Shown here: positions 55,733-64,000 of the stretch, one piece after another
Layout: each line of letters opens with the position of its first letter
Position numbering within the stretch: position 1 is the stretch's first letter
Assembly (NCBI GenBank): GCA_027593235.1
Contig: JAQCIU010000013.1
Coordinates: 1-64,000, forward strand
DNA: 64,000 nucleotides
Direction: 5' to 3'
Source: Chloroflexota bacterium
Lineage (GTDB): Bacteria; Chloroflexota; Dehalococcoidia; UBA2979
Notes under the pieces: model-generated
Seen by the model: only the letters and a program-made list of their open reading frames with translations
Told to the model about the DNA's origin: nothing
The model's database searches: none
Position numbers and translations under genes: made by a program

Positions 55733-56941
55733 CTAGAGGGTGAAGTGCAGTGCTTCGGCGACGGTGTTCATGTCCTTGTCGCCGCGCCCGCTGAGGTTCA
55801 GCAGCACCACGTCATCCGGCGTCAGTTCCGGGGCGAGCTTCGTGAGGTAGGCGACGGCGTGCGATGACTCGAGGGCAGGCACGATGCCTTCCAGTTCGCA
55901 GAGGAGCTGGAGGGCAACGAGCGCTTCCTGGTCGGTGATAGCGTGGTACTCGGCGCGCTCGTTGAGCTTGAGCCAGGAGTGCTCCGGGCCGACCCCGGGG
56001 TAGTCGAGCCCGGCGGAGATGGAGTGGGCCTCGATGATTTGACCCCATTCATCCTGGAGCAGCATCGACTTCGCGCCGTGGAGCACGCCGGGGCGGCCTT
56101 TCGAGAGCGTGGCGGCGTGGCGGCCGTTGAGGCCCTCGCCGGCTGCTTCGACGCCGATCAGGCGGATCGGGTCATCGAGGAGCGGGTAAAAGAGGCCCAT
56201 CGCGTTGGAGCCGCCGCCGACGCAGGCGATGCCGATGGTGGGGAGCCGCCCTTCCTGCTCGAGGATCTGGGCGCGAGCTTCGCGACCGATCACGGACTGG
56301 AAGTCGCGGACCATCATCGGGTACGGGTGCGGGCCAACGACGCTACCAATGATGTAGTAGGTGTCGGCGACGTTGGTGACCCAGTCGCGAATCGCCTCGT
56401 TAGTCGCGTCCTTGAGGGTGCGTGAGCCGGCGTTGACGGTGCGGACCTCCGCGCCAAGCAGCTTCATGCGGAAGACATTGAGCGACTGGCGACGAACGTC
56501 CTCGGCGCCCATGTAGACGACGCACTCAAGGTCCAGCAGCGCGCAGACGGTGGCGGTGGCGACGCCGTGCTGGCCAGCGCCGGTCTCCGCGATGATGCGG
56601 CGCTTGCCCATGCGCTGGGCGAGCAGGCCCTGTGCGAGGGCGGCGTTGATCTTGTGCGCGCCGGTGTGGGTGAGGTCCTCGCGCTTCAGGTAGACCTTCG
56701 CGCCGACGCGCTCCGACAGCCGCTCGGTGAAGGTCAGCGGCGTAGGCCGTCCGACGTAGTTCTTGAGGAGATCATCGAGGCGCGCGCGGAACGCGGGATC
56801 CGCCATCGCCTCGTGGTAAGCGATCTCCAGCTCGGCGACCGCGGGCATCAGGGTCTCGGGGATGTACTGGCCACCGAACTCACCGAAGTGCCCGGTGGCG
56901 TCCGGGAAGGGATCGGATCGGGGGTGTTCAGTGGTGGTCAT
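55733..56941 (-). CDS. trpB: Tryptophan synthase beta chain
   Basis: [42 protein letters not shown]. Confidence 0.97.
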   Translation of the reverse strand: MTTTEHPRSDPFPDATGHFGEFGGQYIPETLMPAVAELEIAYHEAMADPAFRARLDDLLKNYVGRPTPLTFTERLSERVGAKVYLKREDLTHTGAHKINAALAQGLLAQRMGKRRIIAETGAGQHGVATATVCALLDLECVVYMGAEDVRRQSLNVFRMKLLGAEVRTVNAGSRTLKDATNEAIRDWVTNVADTYYIIGSVVGPHPYPMMVRDFQSVIGREARAQILEQEGRLPTIGIACVGGGSNAMGLFYPLLDDPIRLIGVEAAGEGLNGRHAATLSKGRPGVLHGAKSMLLQDEWGQIIEAHSISAGLDYPGVGPEHSWLKLNERAEYHAITDQEALVALQLLCELEGIVPALESSHAVAYLTKLAPELTPDDVVLLNLSGRGDKDMNTVAEALHFTL

Positions 56942-57005
56942 GTTCGTCCCTGCTGCAGTCGTTCGGTGCCTCGGTCGGTTGGCATGTTCGCGGGTTCGGG
57001 CGGAC

Positions 57006-57755
57006 TCAGGACATGCTTTCGTCAGCGCGGCGCACCGCCTCGATGAAGGCGCGCACGCGGCCGTAGTCCTTGCGGCCGTTGGTCTCCGTGCCGGTGGCGA
57101 CATCGACAATCCACGGCTCGACGGCGCGGATCGCTTCGGCGACGTTTTCCGGGCTGAGGCCACCGGCGAGCATGATCGGGATCCGATCGGCGACTCGTCG
57201 GGCCACCTCCCAGTCGAAGGTGCGGCCAGTGCCGCCACGGTAGGGACCGTGCGCGGCATCGAGTCCGAGCGCGATCGCGAAGCCGGGCTGCACTGAGACG
57301 AGGGAATCCGAGGGCGAATCGAGCGGTGAGACGTGCACGATCTGGATCACCTGGCGGGTGACGAGCAGGCAGTCCTCCCAGCTCTCATCGCCGGAGAGCT
57401 GGACGAGATCGACACCCGACTCCTCCGCGAGTTCGTTGACCTCGTCGATCGGCTGATCGGCGAAGATGCCGACGGTGAGCGGTCGCTTGACCTCGAGGTA
57501 GGCCTCGATCACCTCGGCGCCGTGGCGGAACCACGGCTCGATCTCCTCGCGGGCAGCGGACTGCGCGGGTGGCGGCACGGCGAACGGGTGATCGGCGAGC
57601 GGGGCGCCGAGGGCGCGGACCATCGCGCGCGCCTCATCGATGTCGACCTGTCGGGTCGATTTGGCGAAGTTGATGCCGACGAAGTCGGCGCCAGCCTCCG
57701 CGGCGGCGAGGACATCCTCGGGCGTTCGGTTCCCGCAGATCTTGACGAGGGTCAT
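57006..57755 (-). CDS. trpF: Phosphoribosylanthranilate isomerase with an internal insertion
   Basis: VKICG, VQLSG.E, GGTG..FDW, LAGGL..ENV, DVATG.E. Confidence 0.92.
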   Translation of the reverse strand: MTLVKICGNRTPEDVLAAAEAGADFVGINFAKSTRQVDIDEARAMVRALGAPLADHPFAVPPPAQSAAREEIEPWFRHGAEVIEAYLEVKRPLTVGIFADQPIDEVNELAEESGVDLVQLSGDESWEDCLLVTRQVIQIVHVSPLDSPSDSLVSVQPGFAIALGLDAAHGPYRGGTGRTFDWEVARRVADRIPIMLAGGLSPENVAEAIRAVEPWIVDVATGTETNGRKDYGRVRAFIEAVRRADESMS

Positions 57756-57783
57756 CGGTCACTCCGATCGCACACGGCACGCG

Positions 57784-58647
57784 TCATCGTGGAGTCCCGG
57801 CTGGTGCGATCATGAACTCGCGCGCGCGTTGTTCGACATTGTCGCCGGTAACGAGCGCTTCGCCGATCAGCAGCGCGTGGGCACCGGCAGCGGCCATGCG
57901 TTCGGCGTCCGCGCGGGTGCGGATCGCCGACTCGGCGACGAGCGTGGCTGCGGCACCGACGAGGCCGGCGAGACGCTCGGTGGTCCCGAGGTCTTCCTCG
58001 AAAGTACGGAGGTTGCGGTTGTTGACGCCGACGACGCGCGCGCCGCAGTCGAGTGCGACGCGCAGCTCCGGCTCGTCGTGCACCTCGATCAGTGGCTCCA
58101 TGCCGAGGGCCCGGGTGCGGGCGATCAGCCTGGTGAGTACGTCAGGCTGCAGGAGCATGACGATCAGCAGGACGGCGTCGGCACCGTGGGCGCGCGCCTC
58201 CAGGAGTTGGTACTCGTCCCAGATGAACTCCTTGCGGAGCAGGGCCGGGCGATCGGGGTCAGCGCGGAAGGCCGCGCTGACGTCCGCGAGATCCTGGATG
58301 CTGCCGGCGAAGAAGTCGGGCTCCGTGAGGATGGAGATCGCGGCAGCGCCAGCACGGGCGTAGCTGGTCGCCTGCTGGACGGCATCGAGATCGGCGTCGA
58401 AGACGCCCTTGCTGGGGGAGGCGCGCTTCACCTCCGCGATCAGGCGGACACGCGCGCCCTCGGGGGTGGCGGGGCGACCGCCGCGCAGCAGTGCCTCGAA
58501 GTCGCGTGCGGGTGGCGCGCCCTCGATGAGCGCGGCCAGCACTGACTCTGGTCGCGCGACGCGATCCTCGGCGAGTCGCAGGCGGCGTGCGGCGACGATC
58601 TTGTCGAGCACGGTGCCGGTGTCGCGGGTCGCGCTCGCGTCGGACAT
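57784..58647 (-). CDS. trpC: Indole-3-glycerol phosphate synthase
   Basis: IAEVKRASPSKG, SILTE, LRKEF, GVNNRNL, AES. Confidence 0.95.
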   Translation of the reverse strand: MSDASATRDTGTVLDKIVAARRLRLAEDRVARPESVLAALIEGAPPARDFEALLRGGRPATPEGARVRLIAEVKRASPSKGVFDADLDAVQQATSYARAGAAAISILTEPDFFAGSIQDLADVSAAFRADPDRPALLRKEFIWDEYQLLEARAHGADAVLLIVMLLQPDVLTRLIARTRALGMEPLIEVHDEPELRVALDCGARVVGVNNRNLRTFEEDLGTTERLAGLVGAAATLVAESAIRTRADAERMAAAGAHALLIGEALVTGDNVEQRAREFMIAPAGTPR

Positions 58648-58653
58648 CGGGGG

Positions 58654-59712
58654 CTACTTCCCCGCCGCGCGGCGGGTGGCCTCGACGAAAGCGCCGGTCT
58701 TGGCAGCGGCCTCGCCGCTGTCGATCGCCTTCGCGGCCAGCTCCGCGCCCTGCTTGATGGAGGAGGCGAGGCCAGAGACGTAGAGCCCGGCGGCGGCGTT
58801 GGCGATGATCAGATCGCGGACGGCGAGCGGGCCCTCACCGCGGAAGACGGCGCGGAGGATACCGGCGTTGTCTTGCGGGGTCCCGCCCAGGATCGCGTCG
58901 AACGGGTGGATCGAGATACCGAGGTCGAAGGGGGTCACGGTGCGGCGGGTGACCTGCGTGCCTTTGACCTCGAAGATCGTCGACGGGCCGGTGACGGTGA
59001 GGTCATCGAGGCCGTCATCGCCGGAGACGACGAGCGCGTGGCGCATGTCGAGGCGGGCAAGCGCGTGGGCGAGCTTCTCGCCGACCTCGGGGTTGGCGAC
59101 ACCCATGACGTGGCAGTTGGCGCCGGCCGGGTTCGTGAGCGGGCCGAGCAGGTTGAAGATCGTGCGGACGCCGATCTGGGGGCGCAGCGGGCCGGCGAAC
59201 TTCATCGCGGGGTGGAACGACTGCGCGAACATGAAGCCGACGCCGGTCTGCTCCACGCACTGCGCGACCTGCTCCGGGGTGAGTGCGATCTGGGCGCCTA
59301 GCGCTTCGAGGAGATCGGCGGAACCGGACTGCGAGGTCATCGCGCGGTTGCCGTGCTTCGCTACCGTCGCGCCGGCGGCAGCGGCGACAAACGCCGCCGC
59401 GGTCGAGGCGTTGAACACCTTCCGGGAGGAGCCGCCGGTACCGGCGGTGTCGAGCAGCGGGCGCGCCTTGATATCGACGCGGAGGGCGTAGGAGCGCATC
59501 GCCTTCGCCATGCCGACGATCTCGTCGACGCTCTCGCCCTTCATGCGGAGGGCGGTGACGAACGCGCCGAACTGGGCGGGCGTCGCCTGTTCACCCTCGC
59601 TGGCCGGACCCTCGAGGCCAGCGCGCATGATGTCCTGCATCGCGCCGCGCGCTTCGGCCTCGGTGAGGTCGCGCCGCTCGTCGACGAGGGCGGCGATTGC
59701 TTCCTTGATCAC
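58654..59712 (-). CDS. trpD: Anthranilate phosphoribosyltransferase
   Basis: DTAGTGG, FNAST, KHGNR, GSAD, FNLLGPLTNPA. Confidence 0.96.
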   Translation of the reverse strand: MIKEAIAALVDERRDLTEAEARGAMQDIMRAGLEGPASEGEQATPAQFGAFVTALRMKGESVDEIVGMAKAMRSYALRVDIKARPLLDTAGTGGSSRKVFNASTAAAFVAAAAGATVAKHGNRAMTSQSGSADLLEALGAQIALTPEQVAQCVEQTGVGFMFAQSFHPAMKFAGPLRPQIGVRTIFNLLGPLTNPAGANCHVMGVANPEVGEKLAHALARLDMRHALVVSGDDGLDDLTVTGPSTIFEVKGTQVTRRTVTPFDLGISIHPFDAILGGTPQDNAGILRAVFRGEGPLAVRDLIIANAAAGLYVSGLASSIKQGAELAAKAIDSGEAAAKTGAFVEATRRAAGK

Positions 59713-60314
59713 GATGCGACCACCTCGGCAGCGCGCAGGTGCGCAGGTGCGCTCACGCCGAGGAAGTTGGCGAGGAGCTGGTGGCCGACCTTCGTCATGA
59801 TCGATTCGGGGTGGAACTGGATGCCCTCGATCGGGAGCGTCTTGTGCCGGACGCCCATGATGACGCCGCTCTCGGAGCGGGCGGTCACCTCGAGTTCCTC
59901 GGGGACGGTGGCCGGATCGATCGCGAGCGAGTGGTAGCGGATGCCCTCGAAGGGATTGGGTAGGCCGCGGAAGACGCCCTTACCGTCGTGCTCGATCATC
60001 GAGGTCTTCCCATGGAGGATCTCGCCCGCGTAGTTCACGGTGCCACCGTACGCCTCGCCGATGGCCTGGTGGCCGAGGCAGACCCCGAGCAGCGGGACCT
60101 GCCCTGCCGCGGCTTTCACGAGATCGATGGAGATGCCCGCCTCCGCCGGCGTGCAGGGGCCGGGCGAGATCACGATCTGATCCGCGCCCATCGCCAGGCA
60201 GTCCTCCACGGAGATCTCGTCGTTGCGATGGACCTCGACCTGGGCGCCGAGTTCCGAGAGGTACTGGTAGAGGTTGAAGGTGAACGAGTCGTAATTGTCG
60301 ATGAGTAACAGCAT
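59709..60314 (-). CDS. trpG: Anthranilate synthase component II (glutamine amidotransferase)
   Basis: IDNYDSFT, SPGPC, GVCLGHQ, RYHSL, QFHPES. Confidence 0.95.
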   Translation of the reverse strand: MLLLIDNYDSFTFNLYQYLSELGAQVEVHRNDEISVEDCLAMGADQIVISPGPCTPAEAGISIDLVKAAAGQVPLLGVCLGHQAIGEAYGGTVNYAGEILHGKTSMIEHDGKGVFRGLPNPFEGIRYHSLAIDPATVPEELEVTARSESGVIMGVRHKTLPIEGIQFHPESIMTKVGHQLLANFLGVSAPAHLRAAEVVAS

Positions 60315-60344
60315 GAGGTTGCCGTCCTTCGTCATGTCGCTAAT

Positions 60345-61274
60345 TTAGTCCTGGCGAGCGGTGTCCGACATCGCCAGGAGCTGTTCGGTGTGTTCGTGTT
60401 CGTGGCGGGAGATCTTGGCGATGCGATCGCCGATCCGGACGGCACCGCGTTCGTGGTGGTTGCCGTACTGGGTGAGCTGATCGTCCTCGAGACTGGCGAG
60501 CCAAAAGCGGGTGCGCTCGCGCGCCGCGTCCAGGCGTTGGCGCACGGTTTCGAGGTCGTCGACCGGCCGCGCGCGGTAGAGATCGTGCCACTGCGCGTCG
60601 TTGAAGCCGCGCCAGGTGTGCCCGGCGATGCGGAGCAGCCGATCGGTCTCGGCCAGGTAGTAGGTCTCGACATCGGCGATGTGCGCGAGGATGTCGAGCG
60701 GCGACCAGCCGTCCGTCAGTTGCTCCTCGCGAGCCGCCTCGGGGACGGACTCGAAGGCGGCGAGCAGCGCGCCGCGCGTCTCGTTGAGCAGCGTGCCGAT
60801 CGCATTCGCGGTCTGCGGATGCTCCGCAGCGCCGAGGGTGCGGGCGAGCCAGGCGGCGACCTCCGGCAGCAGTTCCGAGCCAACCGACGGGGTCGCGGGG
60901 TGTGCCCAGACGGCATCGGCGTAGTGCTTCGCGTTGAAGCGCGGCTCGCCGCGCCATGCACGACAGAGGAACGCGTTCACGATGAAGCGTGAACCGCCCT
61001 CACCGCTGACGTAGAGCGTGTCCTCGAAATCGAACGGACCCGGCTCGACGTGGACGTGCTCGCGCAGCACGCGCCCGAGTGCTTCCTCGGCGGTCTCGTC
61101 GTCGGCGACGCCGGTGATCGGGAGCGACCAGCGGCCGGCGAACGGACCGGCATCGAGGTGCCGGAGGAGGAGGACGCGGCCGTCGTCACGGCGCATCACG
61201 GCCGCGGAGGCAAGCAGCGGGCCGGCCGGTGGGCCGGCAGATGAAGCGGGGGGCGGAGAAGCATCGTTGGTCAT
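60345..61274 (-). CDS. NUDIX-like domain fused to a DinB-family domain
   Basis: N-terminal GRVLLLR..GRWSLP..DETAEEALGR; C-terminal WSPLDILAH...HEHEH. Confidence 0.82.
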   Translation of the reverse strand: MTNDASPPPASSAGPPAGPLLASAAVMRRDDGRVLLLRHLDAGPFAGRWSLPITGVADDETAEEALGRVLREHVHVEPGPFDFEDTLYVSGEGGSRFIVNAFLCRAWRGEPRFNAKHYADAVWAHPATPSVGSELLPEVAAWLARTLGAAEHPQTANAIGTLLNETRGALLAAFESVPEAAREEQLTDGWSPLDILAHIADVETYYLAETDRLLRIAGHTWRGFNDAQWHDLYRARPVDDLETVRQRLDAARERTRFWLASLEDDQLTQYGNHHERGAVRIGDRIAKISRHEHEHTEQLLAMSDTARQD

Positions 61275-61291
61275 TGGTGTCGTCTTTCGCC

Positions 61292-62761
61292 CTAGTAGCC
61301 GAGGCTGCCGGTCGGCGGCCCGCCCTCGCCGTGTTCCGCATCATCCAACGCGGCGATCAACGCGCGCGCCTTGTGCTGGCATTCCTCGTACTCCTTCAGC
61401 GGATCGGAGTCGAAGACGATGCCAGCGCCCGCCTGCACGTGTGCCCAGCCGTCCTTCATCACCAGCGTGCGGATAGTGATGCAGGTCTCCGCGTTGCCGG
61501 ACATGTCGAAGAATCCGACGGCGCCCGCGTACGGCCCGCGCTGATCCGGCTCGAGTTCGGCGATGATCTCCATCGCGCGGATCTTCGGGGCGCCGGAGAC
61601 GGTCCCGGCCGGGAAGGCGGAGCGCAGCGCGTCGTAGGCGGTCATGTCGTCCCGCAACCGGCCCTGCACGTGGCTGACGAGGTGCATGACGTGCGAGTAG
61701 TACTCGATGTCGAGCTGCTGGGTGACCTCGACGGTGCCCGGCGTGGCGACGCGTCCGACGTCGTTGCGGCCGAGGTCGAGCAGCATCACGTGCTCGGCGA
61801 TCTCCTTGGGGTCGTGGGCCAACTCCTCGGCGAGACGCTCGTCGTCGAGCGGAGTCTCGCCGCGCCGGCGGGTACCGGCGATCGGGTGCACCTCAACGAG
61901 GTCGTCCTCGATGTTGACCAGTAGCTCCGGGGAAGCGCCGACGATGTAGGTGTCGTCGAACTTGAGGTAGTACATGTACGGCGAGGGATTGATCGCGCGC
62001 AGGCTGCGATAGACCTCGAACGGGTGCGCCCCCGTCTGCCGCGAGAAGCGGAGCGAGATGACGCCCTGAATGATGTCGCCCTCGACGATGTAGTCCTTGA
62101 TCCGACCGACCGCGGTCATGTACTCCGCCTGCGACCAGTTCTCCTGGATCGGCTGACCGGCGACACCGTCGAAGGGGATGTACGGCAGCGCGCCGAGCGG
62201 GATCTCGAGGCGGGCGACGAGTTCGTCGATGCGGCCAACGGCCTGGCGGTAGCTGGAGTCGATATCGCCGTCGAGCCGGACGTGCGAGACCACCTTGATC
62301 GAGTGCATGAGGTGATCGAATACGAGCAGGGTCTCGGCGAACATCAACCATGATTCGGGCAACCCGATGGTGTTCGGACCGGCGATCGGCAGATCCTCGA
62401 AGTGACCGCCCGCCTCCCACCCGAGGTAGCCGACGGCGCCGCCGTGGAAGCGGGGCAGCCCCGGGACCTCCACGGCCTGCAGGCGCCCGAGTTCGCGTTC
62501 GATTTCGTCGAGCGGATCGCCATCGCTGTGATCGCGCGCGGCGACGCGGAAGGGCTCCGTGCCGATGAAGGAGTAGCGCCCGAGCCGCTCGCCGCCCTCG
62601 ACGGATTCGAGGAGGAACGAGTAGGGACCGCGGGCGACCTTCAGGTAGGCGGAGACGGGCGTCTCCAGGTCAGCGCGGACCTCGCGGAAGACGGGGACGA
62701 TGTTGCCTTTCCCCTGGAGGCGACGGACTTCGTTCAGGGGTGGGGTGTACTCACCGGGCAT
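61292..62761 (-). CDS. trpE: Anthranilate synthase component I
   Basis: LETPVS, FLLESVEGG..GRYSF, NPSPYM, PIAGT, EHVMLLDLGRND, GTVSGAPK. Confidence 0.97.
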   Translation of the reverse strand: MPGEYTPPLNEVRRLQGKGNIVPVFREVRADLETPVSAYLKVARGPYSFLLESVEGGERLGRYSFIGTEPFRVAARDHSDGDPLDEIERELGRLQAVEVPGLPRFHGGAVGYLGWEAGGHFEDLPIAGPNTIGLPESWLMFAETLLVFDHLMHSIKVVSHVRLDGDIDSSYRQAVGRIDELVARLEIPLGALPYIPFDGVAGQPIQENWSQAEYMTAVGRIKDYIVEGDIIQGVISLRFSRQTGAHPFEVYRSLRAINPSPYMYYLKFDDTYIVGASPELLVNIEDDLVEVHPIAGTRRRGETPLDDERLAEELAHDPKEIAEHVMLLDLGRNDVGRVATPGTVEVTQQLDIEYYSHVMHLVSHVQGRLRDDMTAYDALRSAFPAGTVSGAPKIRAMEIIAELEPDQRGPYAGAVGFFDMSGNAETCITIRTLVMKDGWAHVQAGAGIVFDSDPLKEYEECQHKARALIAALDDAEHGEGGPPTGSLGY

Positions 62762-62897
62762 GGCGAACCTCGTGTATGGCGCTTGCGGGACGGCGGCTGA
62801 GCGAACGTGCACGGCTGCGCCACCACTGCCCCCGGCCGCTGTGATCGCCCAGAGGGCGACCGGCGTTGGCGGGCACGTGACGGGTGTCGCTGCTCAT
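62751..62897 (-). CDS. Putative 48-aa trp leader peptide with tandem Trp codons
   Basis: GAGGAG RBS 9 nt before the ATG; MSSDTRHVPANAGRPLGDHSGRGQWWRSRARSLSRRPASAIHEVRHAR; overlaps the trpE start by 11 nt. Confidence 0.6.
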   Translation of the reverse strand: MSSDTRHVPANAGRPLGDHSGRGQWWRSRARSLSRRPASAIHEVRHAR

Positions 62898-62982
62898 CGT
62901 TCGATTCTCCTCATCCCAGCGGCCATACGGCCGAGGGCTCCTCGTCTCGCCTCGGGCGGTTGACCGAGATCGTTTCGCACAC

Positions 62983-63270
62983 AAAAAAACCACCGCCCGT
63001 GGGGCGATGGTCCTCGCGGTGCCACCCACATTTCGCCGGCACGGCGGAGCCGCGTCGACGCATCTTCGGAGCACGGCCACCGTTCGAGACGGGGCGATGC
63101 CCTGGGCCTGGATAACGGCGCCCACACCGTCGACGCCTACTTGCGCTCCAGAGGAGCGCGTTTGGGCCGAGACTCACGGGTCCATTCGGTCGTTGCTGGC
63201 GGGCGCCGGTTCTCAGCTTGTCCGGTTCTCTGTAGCCCCGCGTGACGACGTACTACTCCCGATCAACGTC
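62983..63270 (-). ncRNA. T-box riboswitch with Trp (UGG) specifier and intrinsic terminator
   Basis: Stem I with AGUA, AGAGA and GCUGAGA motifs; GAA-UGG-A specifier (63182-63184); T-box AAUGUGGGUGGCACCGCG (63015-63032); hairpin plus U7 (62983-63011). Confidence 0.93.
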
Positions 63271-63296
63271 GGTATTGAAACCTCAGTAATCGGTCG

Positions 63297-63325
63297 AGGC
63301 TACGCCACAGCTCGAAAGCATGCAA
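63297..63325 (-). promoter_or_regulatory. Sigma70-type promoter of the trp operon
   Basis: TTGCAT-17 nt-TAGCCT just upstream of the T-box. Confidence 0.65.
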
Positions 63326-63342
63326 CGAGATTAGCGGCCCGC

Positions 63343-63738
63343 CTACGCCTCGTCCGGGCCTCGCGAGCCAAGCTGCTGGGCCGAGTCACACAACTCCACG
63401 TATGAATCGAAGAACTGCTCCTGAAAGCGGACGGCCGCGGCGATCTTCTGGGCGTCCCAGGTCTCCGCGCCGACGACGGCGACGAGCTTGTCTTCGACGT
63501 CATCGCGACGGCGCACGATGCCGACGACCTCGGCGCGCTCGCAGACCTCGAGGGGTTCGCTGGTACCGAGGAGGTAGACGTCGAGTTCTTCCCCGTCGGG
63601 GGCGAGCACGCCGGGGACGAAGCCGTAGTTCACCTCGTAGGCGTAGCCGTGCTCGGGGTGAGTGGATCCGAGCGGGCGATCGATCACGACGCGCGTGGTG
63701 CGCCCGGTCCAGTCCTGGGGGTGGAGTGAGTCGTCCAT
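63343..63738 (-). CDS. Small inorganic pyrophosphatase-family protein
   Basis: IDRPLGS.HP, YEVNYGF, DGEELDVY, EDKLV. Confidence 0.85.
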   Translation of the reverse strand: MDDSLHPQDWTGRTTRVVIDRPLGSTHPEHGYAYEVNYGFVPGVLAPDGEELDVYLLGTSEPLEVCERAEVVGIVRRRDDVEDKLVAVVGAETWDAQKIAAAVRFQEQFFDSYVELCDSAQQLGSRGPDEA

Positions 63739-63740
63739 CG

Positions 63741-64000
63741 CTACGCTCCTCGCCGCGCGATTACGGTAGCCCAGCCGCGCGATCCCGCGTTGAGGTGCGA
63801 TTGCTCCTCCTCGTGGATCTCGATGACGAGGTCGTCGATCGCGAAACCAGCGGCTTCGACGCGGGCCCGCCAGTCCTCGGGCGCGAGGTAGCCGTAGAAG
63901 AGCTCCGCGCCGGGGGCCGACTTCCGCGGGACGAAGCCCTCGCTGTCGCCAACTTGCACGGAGCCGACGAAGGCGGCGCCGGGGCGGAGCACGCGAGCGA
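63741..64000 (-). CDS. C-terminal part of a probable class I SAM-dependent methyltransferase (start outside the window)
   Basis: RVLRPGAAFVGSV, AAGF, terminal VIARR strand. Confidence 0.65.
   Translation of the reverse strand, partial: ARVLRPGAAFVGSVQVGDSEGFVPRKSAPGAELFYGYLAPEDWRARVEAAGFAIDDLVIEIHEEEQSHLNAGSRGWATVIARRGA

Overview
High-GC (about 70% by eye) bacterial chromosome segment, most consistent with Chloroflexota/Dehalococcoidia (short EF-Ts and IF2, NusA with a long acidic tail, peptidase MA-like protein, Firmicutes-like T-box); the taxonomy is inference. It is mostly housekeeping: sucCD, rpsB-tsf-frr-uppS-cdsA-dxr-rseP-ispG, proS-nusA-infB-rbfA-truB, a PIM-like glycolipid cluster, prfB (+1 frameshift), folD, acpS, nnr, fabD-fabF-fabF, recJ, a second EF-G, tyrS, ribF, scpA, aroH and a split trp operon. 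Accessory parts are an IS6 element cutting a lipoprotein gene; an islet between ispG and proS (Rrf2 regulator, membrane protein, stand-alone PAS protein, broken lipoprotein, nirK, Erm-like methylase) in which rrf2 and nirK share a 25-bp palindrome; and a radical SAM plus TIGR04283/TIGR04282-type glycosyltransferase cluster between trpB and trpA. The most striking observation is at trpE: a Trp-specific T-box is followed by a 48-aa Trp-Trp leader ORF that overlaps the trpE start, suggesting two stacked tryptophan sensors. Many genes also look leaderless. All family assignments come from motif recognition by eye; no database searches were run.
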